A stretch of DNA of 63,840 nt, the filler included, from Phoronis australis (taxonomy: Eukaryota > Animalia > Phoronida): the NCBI GenBank assembly GCA_002633005.1. It is 6 parts of 6 records of this genome, joined end to end, with 100 filler letters (N's around TTAATTAATTAA, not from the genome) between each part and the next. Parts side by side here need not be neighbours in the genome. Positions count along the whole stretch, not along the records: positions 1 to 26,637 come from NMRA01000008.1; positions 26,738 to 44,019 come from NMRA01001490.1; 4 more parts are not named here. One strand, 5' to 3'. This document shows, piece by piece, positions 25,105 to 38,029 of the stretch. The number at the start of each line of letters is the position of its first letter. Position 1 is the stretch's first letter. The notes below the pieces were generated by a model. The model was not told the origin of the DNA, made no database searches, and worked only from the letters and a program-made list of their open reading frames with translations. The position numbers and the translations under genes are program-made.

Positions 25105-26637
25105 TGATTCAATACATGTCACAGATCACTAAAACTCCAATGACAGACAAGATACACTCTGGATTGTGCCTGGCAGAAAACCCCAAAAATCTCAACCACG
25201 GTATGCCATCAAAATTTGAGCTAGACTAGATTTTCGATGTACCGGCCAAAACTGATTTAAAACGAACAATAGCACCGCACTGAACACCAAATGACCTATG
25301 ACAGACAAACTGCACTCTATAATGGGTCCGGCAAAAACTAAAAAAGACCCCTCAAAAATGAGCTAGCTCATACATTCGAAGTACTACAAAAAACCAATTA
25401 CATGAAATTAATACATGTCACAGGTCACTAAATGCCCTATGACCGGCAGACAAAATACACTCTGGATTGTGCCTGGCAGAAACCCTCAAAAATCTCAACC
25501 ACGGCCGCGGGTATGCCATTTTTGAGACAGTTAGATTTTCAAAGTATCGGCTTAAACTGATTTAAAACCAACAATCGTGCTGCACTGAACACCCAATGAC
25601 CCGTGACTTAAAGACAAATTTAACTCTGGAAATAGTCGGCCAGAAACCCAGAAACTGGACCTTAAAATGGAGCTACAATTCAGTGTCCATGCAACTTCCT
25701 GCTGCTAGTTCAAGTACTCGGGTGGAAAACCCAAACAACTGGACAACAAGATGTTAAAAACTGCACCACGGAAATCGAAGTACACATATTCTCAATTGGT
25801 GACAAAAGTGTTGTATTTATTAAGTTAACTGCAAAAAGCGGGACCGCAGGAAACAAAAACTAATTATAGAAAACTTTTGTTCACTCAAGCCTGTATTTAC
25901 TCTCATGGTCACAACAAGCGAAAAGCAAACGGGTGTCAAGATGTAAGACAGTTAACTCGCCTAGTGATAAGCTTTTGAAGAAATTTTTACATGATGTTGA
26001 AATTCAGTGTAGGGTGTAGTGTTTGCAATGTTTTAGTTTCGCGGAGTCGATGGCCCATATAATGTCCTCCGTGATAAAATACAAATCACCCCTAATTTGG
26101 TGCGCAGCCACGCGGTGGAGTCCCAATGCTATTTATATAAATATATAAACAACGACGTGTTTCGGTAAAAAGGGGTCTGGCTGCAGCATTGCCTGGTCTG
26201 CACGCAATGACAGAGTGTGACGTCACAGCAGCACAGTATAGGAAAGGGAAAGTGAGGCCTCCGGAAATAATGATTTAAGACTCATCTGGGACACTTATCA
26301 GCTTCTTCTCAGAGTTAACAAGCGTAGATGTCCCGCCAGACGAAAGAAAGTTAGAAGAATACGTATGCCTCTTATTGAGCGAAGGGAGGAGTCAAAGATG
26401 TCAATGAAACGAGATATTAATCGAGATGACCGGGTATCAAATATGTACCTCAAAGTTTCGATAGCATATACTGTGGTTGAGATTTTTGAGGGTTTCTGCC
26501 AGGCACAATCCAGAGTGTATTTTGTCTGTCATAGGGCATTTAGTGACCTGTATTGAACCTCATGGAACTGGTTTTGTGTGGTACCTCGAATGTATGTGCT
26601 AGCTAATATTTGGGGGGTGGGGGCATAGGCGGATTTA
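25105..26637. mobile_element. Element with modular long inverted arms: degenerate ~300-bp tandem units (25105-25680) and an inverted copy (about 26450-26600), cut by the scaffold end
   Basis: atacactctggattgtgcctggcagaaa...aaaaatctcaaccac occurs twice on the plus strand and once as reverse complement. Confidence 0.6.
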
Positions 26638-26737
26638 NNNNNNNNNNNNNNNNNNNNNNNNNNNNNNNNNNNNNNNNNNNNTTAATTAATTAANNNNNNN
26701 NNNNNNNNNNNNNNNNNNNNNNNNNNNNNNNNNNNNN
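26638..26737. other. Artificial scaffold spacer (44N-TTAATTAATTAA-44N)
   Basis: Exactly 100 bp, with a six-frame stop linker. Confidence 0.97.
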
Positions 26738-27023
26738 GAAAAATATGGGCGGTGGGTACGAAATAAAAGTGCCTTCCCCCCCTCCCATACAGATTTTGCT
26801 GGAACAGCCCTTATTATAAATTGGTCGCATGAGGGTTGGGGTGCTTCTTCAGAGAGCCAGATAGATAAATCATAAATGTTAAAGCACAGAAAAAGATTAC
26901 TTCATTGTTAAAAGAACATGTTTTTTTCACAAATAAAAATTAAAGTGTGCTTCAAATAATACTTTTAATCACCTTTACTGCTTGAAGAAAATAAAAATCA
27001 GATTGACAATTGTGAATAGTTAC

Positions 27024-27261
27024 CTTTTAAACTGAGCGTAGCTGATTAGAAACTGAGCATAGGGCTCATCATATTTCCATGTGTCAGCATCCATCAACTT
27101 CAGACCACGGTCATACAGGCATGACAGGTGCCAGTGGCGGTTCTCTTCACTAGAGAATGTTGGACTCTTGCTCACGTATTTTATCACTTCCAACCAATCG
27201 CGTGGCTTGTTGCCCTGCTCCTGGATTCGTGACTGCCAACCTGTCAGGTCTAGTGCAGCCA
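27024..27261 (-). CDS. TTK: TTK/Mps1-like kinase, N-terminal TPR exon; rest of gene lies beyond the scaffold end
   Basis: Splice sites catcag|TGGCT and AAAAG|gtaact. GNKPRDWLEVIKYV...LYDRGLKLMDADTWKYDEPYAQFLISYAQFK aligns from memory to the Mps1 TPR (NNPEDWL...YSQAIEALPPDKY..NESFARI..FAELK). Kinase domain not in window. Confidence 0.7.
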
Positions 27262-27838
27262 CTGATGTAAATGAAGCGTGTACTATTATGAAAAGCAAAT
27301 GACTACCCAAATGTAAAGACAATGTTGTACTTTTGTACAATGTGACCTGGGGTAACATGTGCATTGACGAGCTAACCATTGTAAACACAGTGATGACTGG
27401 CTGCCTTGGACGGCTCATAAAAAGGCTTGACAATATTGCCATGGTGTGAGCTTTCTTGTCATCAATAAATCAAGAATCATACAACCAACAAAAATTATTA
27501 TAACAAATAGGGCATATTTCATTTCAGACCAAGTTAATATTCATTTTGCGGTTTAATATCTCACATGAAAGTTGCTTATCATGCATACGTCAACTTTTTT
27601 CTGAACTAAATTAAATTTCAAAAAAATTGCCTTCATGGGAAGCAAAACTCAATAAAATGGCAAATTATCTATGGCACTATCTTTACCAAGTAACAATAAC
27701 GCTCATGTGTAACAGCTAAATATCACGCACGTTAAAGAGCTCGGCTAAACCTAGGGCATTACATTTAAATTACTTCAGGTGCTTCATCTTGTCAACCACA
27801 TTTCCTTTAACAATTTCAAAACACCAAACAGACATTAC

Positions 27839-27932
27839 CAGTCAGTGTGTCGGTAGTTTGTTCAGTTTGAAGTTGTTGTCTCTCTTCCTTCGCTTTCTGC
27901 AGTCGAGATCGGAGCACACTCAAACTTGACAT
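27839..27932 (-). CDS. TTK: TTK/Mps1-like kinase, probable first coding exon
   Basis: Acceptor atacag at 27940-41, AAA-ATG at 27932. MSSLSVLRSRLQKAKEERQQLQTEQTTDTLT-G|gtaatg; phase 1 fits the next exon. Confidence 0.65.
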
Positions 27933-28550
27933 TTTCAAGCTGTATCAGGAGGAAAAATCGAAACAAGATCTTATAACGCAATGCTATCCTCTCAAGGCCA
28001 CCCTATTGCATGCCACAGACTTTTACTCAAGGAAACTTGAAATTCAACACAAAAAGTCAAAATGCCAAGTTGAAATAACTCAAGACTGAGTCTTAACATC
28101 CATCTCACACTGACCCAGAGGGTCCAGGTTTTTGGGAGGAGTAATGAACAGCTCTTATCAATACACTAAACCTAACAATTCAATGCACGGTTAGGCAAGG
28201 GCTCTACTTTCCAAAGATTCATTTCTAATAAATAAGCTCTGAGTTTCGAAAGAAGCCTGGTGGTAAATGGTCCCTGTGGGATGCAAAGTCCATTGGCACA
28301 TGCAAGTTTGAGAAGAGGGATCCCATTGCCTGGGCTTCGAAAGGAGCATTGTGGTGAATGGGCGCAGCAGATGCGAAGCCCGGTGATGCAATGAAGTGTC
28401 ATTGTGTGATCTTCATGTTTTCTGAAGAATTTTGTGATCATTAGTAACATATTTCAATCACCAATTAAAGTTGTATTAGGAAGCAGACTATTGAGTCCTA
28501 TGGCTCTAGGCATAGAACAAAAAATACTTGTACTTTATTGTTTAGACCTG

Positions 28551-29899
28551 GGTCCGGTCTCCAATCTCCGTACTCAGACTCGAATCATGCTCAAACTCAC
28601 ACTTCATACTCAACTCGAGTACAGACTCAGCTTTGGTGTATTCAATGTCATACTCGAAAAATCTGTACTCGAAATTTCGAGCACGTACTCAATTTTCGAG
28701 TATACTCGAAGCGAAGTGTATTTCATCCATATTTCGAGTACGATTTTGAGTAAAAATTCCGAGTATATGCTCTAAATTTCAAGTTTGGTATGGCAGTGTG
28801 CTTGAAATCGTACTCGAAAATAAATACGAGCCAGAGAACAAAATATCGAAAGGGAACCAAGAAACACAGCAAATATAAAAAAATAAGTCCTCTTACCGTA
28901 TCTCAGCACTTCAATTTCAGTTCAGAGATAATAGTTTTCATCTTAAATCTTCTTATTCTTCGCCTTATTAACCCGCCTTATCACTGTATGTTATGGCCGC
29001 CATTCTACCTCTACAATTCCTGGCAACAGGCGCATTGTAATCCTTCGTCGGCGAGTCATAACAAGCGTCGAAAGCAGTTGTGGGAAAAGTCGTGTGAGAA
29101 GTTTGTGCTGCCCTTATTTCGGTATTTGTGCCTACGTTTTGTAGGGTTTCCAAAAGACGAGGTACATTTCTCATCATAACTTAGTCATCTATAATTCCTC
29201 AATCCACAAACGGAATTCCAGATTTTGTTTGCCGATTTCTAAGTAGACGTCTCGTCCCGTTCACTGCCACTGGTGAACTCTGAATGCCTGCACAAGTATT
29301 GTTTTTTAACTCACGTGCCAAATGTCAACTCACTTGATACATCCCAGTAAAATACAAAGATACAGTATCAAAGTTTGACATCAGCGTAGGCCTACACAGC
29401 AATGGGTTTATGTCAAGACTGAATTAGCAACAGAGATGTAATGTGATAAGCTGTTACATATTTCTTAAGACATTTTCGGGACTGGGTGAGGAACTCAAGA
29501 AGTAAAGCTTAATAATTTGCCAAGTGTATCAAAGAAATGGCATAAGAATATTTATTGAAACTAAAAAATGAATAACAGTTACAGAACACTCAAAATTCCA
29601 CGTTATAGACATACTCTTGTAGTTGTAGCGACAGCAGACGATAATGTAGGCCTAGTTCTTGGGGTGGTCTATTCCAATAGGAAGCGATGAATCAGCGCGG
29701 CTTTGCGTGATGTTGCATTTCACATCATAAAGAGTTCCATAGCAACTCGAGTATGAGTGTCAGATTTGAGTACGTTTGGAGTCTACTCGAAGTCCGACAT
29801 TAGATACGCTTTTTTGAGTACGACTCCAGTGAGCACGATTTTGAGTATGAAATCTCGAGTATGAGTGTGAGTCTGAGTACGGAGATTGGAGACCGGGCC
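28551..29899. mobile_element. Non-autonomous PIF/Harbinger-like DNA transposon, 1349 bp
   Basis: 31-bp TIR GG(T/C)CCGGTCTCCAATCTCCGTACTCAGACTC with one mismatch, CTG TSD on both sides, and many subterminal TACTC/GAGTA motifs. Confidence 0.85.
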
Positions 29900-31152
29900 C
29901 TGATTAACTCATTCGATCAATAAAACTCCCGTTCATCGTTTGTTATGTTCTCGCTCAACATAAAACAGTTAGACCGGCATTAGACAGCGTAGCAGACGAT
30001 TTATTCATCCATTCCGTGCAGATGACTACAGAGATAACCAGACTAGTTTATGGTTCATTAAACTCTTGACTATTTCGTGCAATATAATTCGCTGTTGTAG
30101 GACCTATTCTGTATGTGAACACCAGAAAAAAATAAAATACCTTTTCTCTACCCATTTCATCAGTGTTAACTGGCGCTTTGCCATTTTAGAAAACTAAAGT
30201 CACGGTCATTGCCTGGTCCCCAACTGTAAAATACGCGGACAGAACATTTGAAAAAAGCGGAAATCCGCATTTCCGAGGAAAATTCCAAGCCTTACGGTGG
30301 ATTTCACTGAAACTTTTCAAACTTAATAATTATTCATCAATCTCAAAAACGCTGTTTAAGCATTGTCGATATAAAGGCCTAATTTTTGCGCAATGTAACA
30401 AAAACAAATACGACTACTATTTTTTACAAAAATACCTTACCTCTTGCGAGTTGATTTGTAAAAAGCTAATCGAAAATTCCTAACAGGGTTTTGAGGTAAC
30501 TGGTGAAGTTTGCATTTAAAAAAGGTTTCATTAAAATCGATCGAAGGGTTATTTTGGTATGAATGTACCTTACTTAAAAATGATGGTAATGTAATAATAA
30601 TAATAGCACATAAATATAAACCCAATTTTATAATCCCTGATCATTTTTTCTTGAAAAAGCCTGTTTTTTGATTTTTGATGTACGAGTTACAATGGAGGCT
30701 ACTAAATAAGGTTTGAGATAAATAAACCTTAACTAGGGGAAAAGTTCAAAATTTGATTTTAAATCGTTGCTTTTCCCGTTCAGTCCATGTACATCGACAG
30801 TAACCATTTAACTTGAATATCTATTGCATATTCATTTTCATTAGCAATTTTTCCATAGTGGTGAACTGTTCCCCGTTAGGATTAATTAAGATGTGTGCAG
30901 GTCAGTTTAGGCAAAATTACGAGTGGAGGAGCCAAAAAGAAGCGTGGTAGGTTTTACATGCAGTGGACACACTGTCTTAAGTCATCATTATTGAAACATG
31001 AAGTTGAGAAGGAGCAGATTACAACTACATAAAATAGACGAGCCTGAACACACTCTAGACGTAAACGCATACATAAATGGAAGTTCACAACATTGATATG
31101 AATTATGATTAGATATATGCATAGCTGCTGCATAATTCTTCCTCTGTCTTAC

Positions 31153-31263
31153 CTGCTACTGTACTGTTGAGCACCAGATGTTTTCTACAAGCTGTTCAGT
31201 GACAGTATTCTGAGTAGTTTACAGGCAGTTGTTCATGGCGCTGGTTCCTTGAATACAAAGCGA
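31153..31263 (-). other. Probable non-coding 5'UTR exon of the TTK-like gene
   Basis: Strong sites tgtttgcag| and GCAG|gtaaga. It has a stop in the TTK frame and a short uORF at 31236-31219. Confidence 0.45.
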
Positions 31264-32202
31264 CTGCAAACAATGAATACTATACTAACTTTTTAATTTG
31301 CTATTTTTTACCCAGATCAATGCAAACTAACAGTTTTGCACCAATTAGCCACCAAGGATGTCTAGGAAAATGGTTGAATTATATAACATTGGGTTGAGTA
31401 AGCTTTTCTAGAAGTTGTAGGAGCCTAGCCAATACACAGCTCAAACGGAGCTGAAAGGCTGTTACAGCCCAAACTGATGCCTGTGCCAAACTGAAGCTAT
31501 TTAAGTCCCTAAATTACTGCTGGTGCTTTATGGTTATTTAAAGGTTATCAAAACCAAATAAAGATCCCTTAGAATATTGAGGGAACCATAAACGGTCTTA
31601 TCCAGTAATATTTTGCTCTCTTTACCTTCCTCTAAACAACAACGAATGAAATTGTCTGCCATCTTGTTCTCTCAGATTTTGACCTAATGACATCATAGTA
31701 GAGCCAAAATGCCAGCCAACTAGCCAAGTGAATGCTTTAGTTCACGGGTTCACAAAAATGCAAATGGCGCCGCTAAGTGACAAGCGAATAGTAAAAAGTC
31801 GAATAAATTCTTTCGGAGGGCTTTCTTTCCGTGCAGTTATATTCTCTGTATGATTTCTGCAGATAAATGTGTTCACGCAATTGCAATTTCAACATGTGCA
31901 GGTTAATATTAAATGTGCAATTTGAGTGTGATAACTATAACACTAGATGACTTCTACACTTTCAACGGACGTACTTCTAACCACATGCGTCCTCAGCTTC
32001 TGATGGTACCCAATACACTATATGATACTAAAAGGTCTGACACTTGGGACTTAGAATCCCATGGGTATTTCACTTCAGTTGTCCACATCAAACACAAATC
32101 AGGGATTCAACAAACCACGAGCAATTATTCTTTTTTCTGATAGCATTTACAACGTCCTGCTCCAGCGAGTTTGCAACGAATTTGCAATCACAACACAAGA
32201 CT

Positions 32203-32461
32203 CTTCCCAAAAGGCCGATGCATCGCAATTGCTGAGTGAGTCACACGAGTCGGTTCAGGTTCAAGTTCAAGTAGGGTACAAAATTACCCGACGAGTTACG
32301 GATGGATAACAGCTATTGCCAGACCATTTCGTAACCTTCTGTGATGAACTGGCAACTGTCGTTATACATCCATAATTCATGGGGTAATTTAGTACCGTAC
32401 TTGACCTTGAACCGACTCACGTGACTCACTCAGCAGTTGCGACGCACTGGCCCTTGGGAAG
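32203..32461. repeat. About 260-bp imperfect palindrome (hairpin MITE-like)
   Basis: cttcccaa..ggcc..gcaattgctgagtgagtcacacgagtcggttca pairs with tgaaccgactcacgtgactcactcagcagttgc..ggccc..ttgggaag; pairing continues toward the centre. Confidence 0.8.
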
Positions 32462-32604
32462 TGAAGCACCTGTGGCATTCCTAGCCCTGAGTATCAGACC
32501 AATAGTATTACATATGTAGTGTATTGAGGGACAATCACTGGCCGGCACTAGTGTAGCTGTGTAGCCAGGATTGGTTTACTGACCACACATAGTGTACCTA
32601 AGTA

Positions 32605-35120
32605 TCAGATGGACCTAAATATCGGACATTTTTATAAAATCTGAGAAATATATGACATCAATTTCCGTTCCGCCGCAATTCATTCAATGTCTAGCACTAT
32701 CTCGTTTTTTATAGCTTTGCCTCATTTTTATTTCGAGATAGCTAGGTGCGCACAAAGGTGTGTCATATCAAGAAGGCAAGGAGATACTAAAAACTGTAGT
32801 GAGATTGCACGTGCTTTAGTCATCTGCACTGATTCATCGAAACAATGCAGCACTGTCTTTACACATATAGCGTACCTAATTATGAGACGGACCCTAAATA
32901 TCGGACATTACGTAAAATCTTACTTGAAGAATAATCTGAGAAATAAATGATACCAATTTTTGTTCCACTGTTTGTCTGGCACTGTCTCGTTATTTATAGC
33001 ATTGCCTCATTTTGATTTCACCGAGAGAGGGTGCAATTTAGACCCTCAAACTGGCCTAAAATGGACAATTGCTTAAATCGGCTATAAAAATTGAAAACAA
33101 AATCTTTTTCCACAATGAAGTCACCTTGAAATGAACTAACAATATGCCACTGTTTCATTTTTTCATTTGTTTTTAAACTTAAGTCAAACCCCGGCCATGC
33201 ACATGCATGTGTCATATCAAGAAGGCAAAGAGATACTAAAAACTGCAGTGAGGTCGCACATGCATTAATCGTCTGCACTGATCAATCAAAACAACTTGGT
33301 GCTGTCACCAGATGATATTTTATGGATAATTTTGTTGCGAAAGGTGCTGTGTTCTAGCAACAACTATATCAAAACACTCGAGCTGCAATTTGGCGACAAG
33401 GTGGGCACGGCCATTCCTTGGTTAGTTAGTTTTCCACAGTGTGGCTTATGCAGAAACACGGTGTCCAATATTTAGGTTCTCTGAAGGTTTGCTAGTTGTG
33501 TTTTTTAGTGACCATTCAGAACATAAATGTGGCTTTCGGTGACACGATATAGTGACAGAACTATTCCTTAAAGGTAAGTCTTTATTTCAATTTGGTAAAG
33601 GATTTACAACAACCCGTAGCATTTCCATTTTATATTATGCAAAATGTGCCAAAACGTCCAATTATTATGTCGCTTGACTACATTTTATGGATAATTTTAT
33701 TGCGAACAGAGCTGTGCTCTAGCAACAAATACCGTAATCGTTCGGGTTAACGCCCTGGGCGGTTAAATTGGCGAACCCAAAAAATCGGGGGTGGGCGGTT
33801 AACCAGACATGGGCGCTTAAACGTGAAATTTCAAGAAATCGGGGGGGGGGGCGGTTAACTGAACATGGGCGCTTATTACGACAGGCAACCGCCCTGGGCG
33901 GTTAATCTTACCTTATGATCTGAGTCACCACACGTACTAAGCNNNNNNNNNNNNNNNNNNNNNNNNNNNNNNNNNNNNNNNNNNNNNNNNNNNNNNNNNN
34001 NNNNNNNNNNNNNNNNNNNNNNNNNNNNNNNNNNNNNNNNNNNNNNNNNNNNNNNNNNNNNNNNNNNNNNNNNNNNNNNNNNNNNNNNNNNNNNNNNNNN
34101 NNNNNNNNNNNNNNNNNNNNNNNNNNNNNNNNNNNNNNNNNNNNNNNNNNNNNNNNNNNNNNNNNNNNNNNNNNNNNNNNNNNNNNNNNNNNNNNNNNNN
34201 NNNNNNNNNNNNNNNNNNNNNNNNNNNNNNNNNNNNNNNNNNNNNNNNNNNNNNNNNNNNNNNNNNNNNNNNNNNNNNNNNNNNNNNNNNNNNNNNNNNN
34301 NNNNNNNNNNNNNNNNNNNNNNNNNNNNNNNNNNNNNNNNNNNNNNNNNNNNNNNNNNNNNNNNNNNNNNNNNNNNNNNNNNNNNNNNGAGGTGTAGACG
34401 CCAGCGCGGTTCCTAAAGTTTGCGAACATGAGAAGAAAAGAAAGTGACAAAGTGTTCAAGTATTACATTTTGAAGTTAATCGATGACCCGTTACAATAAT
34501 TTGTTACTGGTATCATAATTCACATTGCTAAACCGCGGTCTCTGAGGCCGTCGTTGCACTCAATGTTATCATCGATCTTAATCTAAAAGGTCGGGGATTC
34601 GCGTTTCCTATTAGCACAGGGCGGTAATCACCAATCGGCAAAAGTAGGGGATGGGCGGTTAACCGAGCAGTGGGCGGTTAATTGGAAATCTTCAAAAATA
34701 GCAGGGGGGCGGTTAACCGAGCAGTGGGCGGTTAAATCGAAATTCACCTAAAGTAGGGGGTGGGCGGTTAACTGAGCATGGGCGTTAACCCGAACGATTA
34801 CGGCATATTAAGACGCAAGAGCTGCAATTTGGCGACAAGGCGTCTGTGGCCATAACATGGTTAGTCAGTTTTCCGTGGTGTGATGTATGGGGAAAAATGG
34901 TATCCGACAATTTATGTTCTCCGAGACGAGGGTTTGCTAGTTTTGTTTTTTTAAGATCAGTCAGAACATAAATATGGATTGTGGTGACAAGACTTAGTAA
35001 CAGAACAATTATGCAAAGGTAAATCTGTATTTCAGTAAAGAATTTACAACGACCGGTAGTACAGTAGTATTTCAAATTAAATATAATGCAAAATGTGCAA
35101 AATCCGATATTAATTATACT
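32605..35120. repeat. Cluster of locally duplicated degenerate units (32610-32870 vs 32890-33290; 33315-33680 vs 33682-33730 plus 34806-35120)
   Basis: Repeated blocks tgtcatatcaagaaggcaa.gagatactaaaaactg and gagctgcaatttggcgacaagg. Confidence 0.65.
33732..34803. mobile_element. Non-autonomous Tc1/mariner-superfamily (pogo/Tc2-like) element; contains an assembly gap
   Basis: Perfect 24-bp TIR CCGTAATCGTTCGGGTTAACGCCC, inserted at TA, with subterminal GGGCGGTTAA repeats. Confidence 0.8.
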
Positions 35121-35319
35121 CGGGAACCCAATGGTCGTCCGCCTAAGCATAAAACCGGCTTGTTGTCGTACTCACCCAATTATTCCACTTCAAAGTTATG
35201 CTCTGAATAGGATTTGATTTAACTCTCACAAATATGTAGTATTCGTTGATTGAAACGTTTTCTTTTACTTATGCCGAGTTGTTCAACTGTGCATTGGTTT
35301 TCGGCAGCAATTTTATAAT

Positions 35320-35829
35320 CAGGGCTTGGAATGACCAATGACAAAAAACGCGGAAACTTTTACGGCCCAAATCATGCCCGCTAACCAGCCTTGAAATGGT
35401 CAATGTGAACCTTTCCTCGACAAAAATCGGGAGGACTAAAAAAAATAATAAAAAAAAACGTTACCACCATCAGTAGCATGCGTCTGCGTCCTTTTAGCCC
35501 GCCCGTCCACTCCCAACCCCACACATTTTTGGCTGCAGAGCGGTAGTATTTGTCGCCGCGCTTAACAATAACACGAGACGCCATTGAAAATCCCACCACA
35601 CTGCCCCAGGTGCCCCGGCAATGTTGACAATTTACGTTCCTCCGAAACATAAAGAGCAACTTCCGCTTTTCGAGGTGAACGTCGTCTGCAACGCCGCAGT
35701 AAGAAAGGAATTTGCCGCGGAAATTTTATATCAAATCCGATTTTTTTTACGCGGAAATATTATAAAAAAGCGCACAGCACATTTGAAAAAAGCGGAAATC
35801 CGCGTTTCCGCAGAAAATTCCAAGCCCTG
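35320..35829. mobile_element. 510-bp hAT-like MITE with 13-bp TIR and 6-bp TSD (TATAAT); partial copy at about 30245-30292
   Basis: TATAAT|CAGGGCTTGGAAT ... ATTCCAAGCCCTG|TATAAT. Confidence 0.8.
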
Positions 35830-37308
35830 TATAATGACTCCTATGGTCGTCACATGCTGCCGCCTTTTGAATGAACAGAAAACCATGCAGAAAAAGGCCA
35901 AGAAAATAGTGGAAAGTGGTTTACAGCAATACTACTTCAACCACAAACTGCTTTACTAGTATGATATCGATTTTTAAATCGATTAAAATTGATTTAGAAT
36001 TTCAGTTCTGGAAAATAAATCGCGATTGTTTTATTCCAGATAGACCTTACTTTATTTTCTGTCTGTGACCTCTTTATTTGACTTTTTGCTCTTGTTGTAC
36101 TTAACACCACTTATCTCTGATGTGTTTCTTTTTCTTTTCAGTTTCTCTTCATTCTCTGTTAACACCTTGTCAGCCAGAACAGAACTATAACCCTTTGAGA
36201 CTTTGTCGGCGCAAGTTGATCATAATGAACCTCAATACAATTGTTCTAATAAATTACCCATAATCATATTGTTTGATTTTTTCTCATCTTTACAGGCTTC
36301 TGCAATCATGAATAAATAAATAAATACCCAAGTCGCGTTTTAATTTTATTGCTCAATCTCTTCTTTTATTTTTGATTATGTCAGGCTGTGTTGTATGTAA
36401 CAATGCAATATAGTGAAATAAAGTCAATGTTTTACTTTATTGGTGGCCATTCTCTATCAATTCCAGTATTTTAATTTTCTTCAAACACATTCAAAATGCT
36501 TTAATAAAAAATTTCAACATAAATTTTGAGCTCAGTGCTTTGTTTTACAATAAAAAAACAAGTGGACAATATTTTGATGACCAAGGCCGGCGTGGGCACA
36601 AACTGTTAAGCACCCAGCATGTTGCATTTGTCTGCTGCGTTTTTCCTTTGGCCTAACAGGTGTCGGTTAGTGCCTGGGACAAATAGACACATTGCATAAA
36701 CAATCCCTGAGTTGGTTTTTGTTCCGTCTGAAGACAATTTAATTTCAAAAATATCTTCTAAAAATGAACAAAAAAGTGCATTAGTAAAATCTACAATTTT
36801 TTAAGTGGTCTCAAAAAACCAGTCGGTAAATGCATTAATTTTAGTCTCAGTTCTTTCATGCGTGTTTCTCCCGAGAGGTTAGTACCTGGCGTGCAGACGA
36901 GCACTCCAAATTGGAACGCTAAGTCCCGCGTGGCTGCGCTGCACGCGAAAGAAGGTGGCGGACGACCTTTGGAGCCTGACGACGATAGGTATCCGGACTA
37001 TATAAATCAGTGGCGGATCTACGGGGGGGGGGNNNNNNNNNNNNNNNNNNNNNNNNNNNNNNNNNNNNNNNNNNNNNNNNNNNNNNNNNNNNNNNNNNNN
37101 NNNNNNNNNNNNNNNNNNNNNNNNNNNNNNNNNNNNNNNNNNNNNNNNNNNNNNNNNNNNNNNNNNNNNNNNNNNNNNNNNNNNNNNNNNNNNNNNNNNN
37201 NNNNNNNNNNNNNNNNNNNNNNNNNNNNNNNNNNNNNNNNNNNNNNNNNNNNNNNNNNNNNNNNNNNNNNNNNNNNNNNNNNNNNNNNNNNNNNNNNNNN
37301 NNNNNTTA

Positions 37309-37616
37309 CAGTGGCGGATCTACGGGGGGTTCAGGGGGTTTAAACCCCCCCTCGGGCCAGGACCCAAAAATTAGAAAAAAAAACGTCTCCAGCAAAACAA
37401 AAACGGCACCACCAGCGTGTGTAAACCCCAAGTAAACCAACTTGGAAAAAACAAGGGGGGGTTCAATTTAAAAATAATTTGTTTTGCATTGTGAATTGCT
37501 GAATCAACGCGTTTCGAGTCTTCGTGGCTCGTCGGCAAAACCCCGGAGATCAATTGTGCGCGCACTTCCGACGACACTTCTGAAGTACCCAAACATTTTA
37601 GACGGATCCACCGCTG
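37309..37616. mobile_element. hAT-like MITE (CAGTGGCGGATC terminus); related ends near 37008, 40848-40935, 41606 and 42335-42349
   Basis: TIR CAGTGGCGGATC / GATCCACCGCTG. Confidence 0.65.
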
Positions 37617-38029
37617 AAAGAGCAGATCTATAGCTGATTTCTTTAAGTAACTAGTTTCTTTACTCTAAGATATGTTTTCATTTGATTAGGGGAAATACTG
37701 TGGTGCCGCAATCCTGGTATTCAGGCAAATTGACGTGCAACCTTTTTTACCTCATATGACATGCCATGTCATCCTATTACACCCTACACGTTTGTAACTC
37801 GAATTTGACTGATGTATAGTAAAGTTGTCTTGCGCGATATCATACAGTGTACATGTACATGTAATACTTGAAAAAAAAACTGGTTTTCCGAAGAATTGCT
37901 ATTGTGGCCTGCGCCGTGGTCTGGTCCCGAGTCTGTTTGAAGATGCACTCTAACAAGTTATGTCTATACAAGGAATGACCAAGGGGGCACTCACATTGAC
38001 AAAGTGACCGCATTCGCGAACAGTGTACA

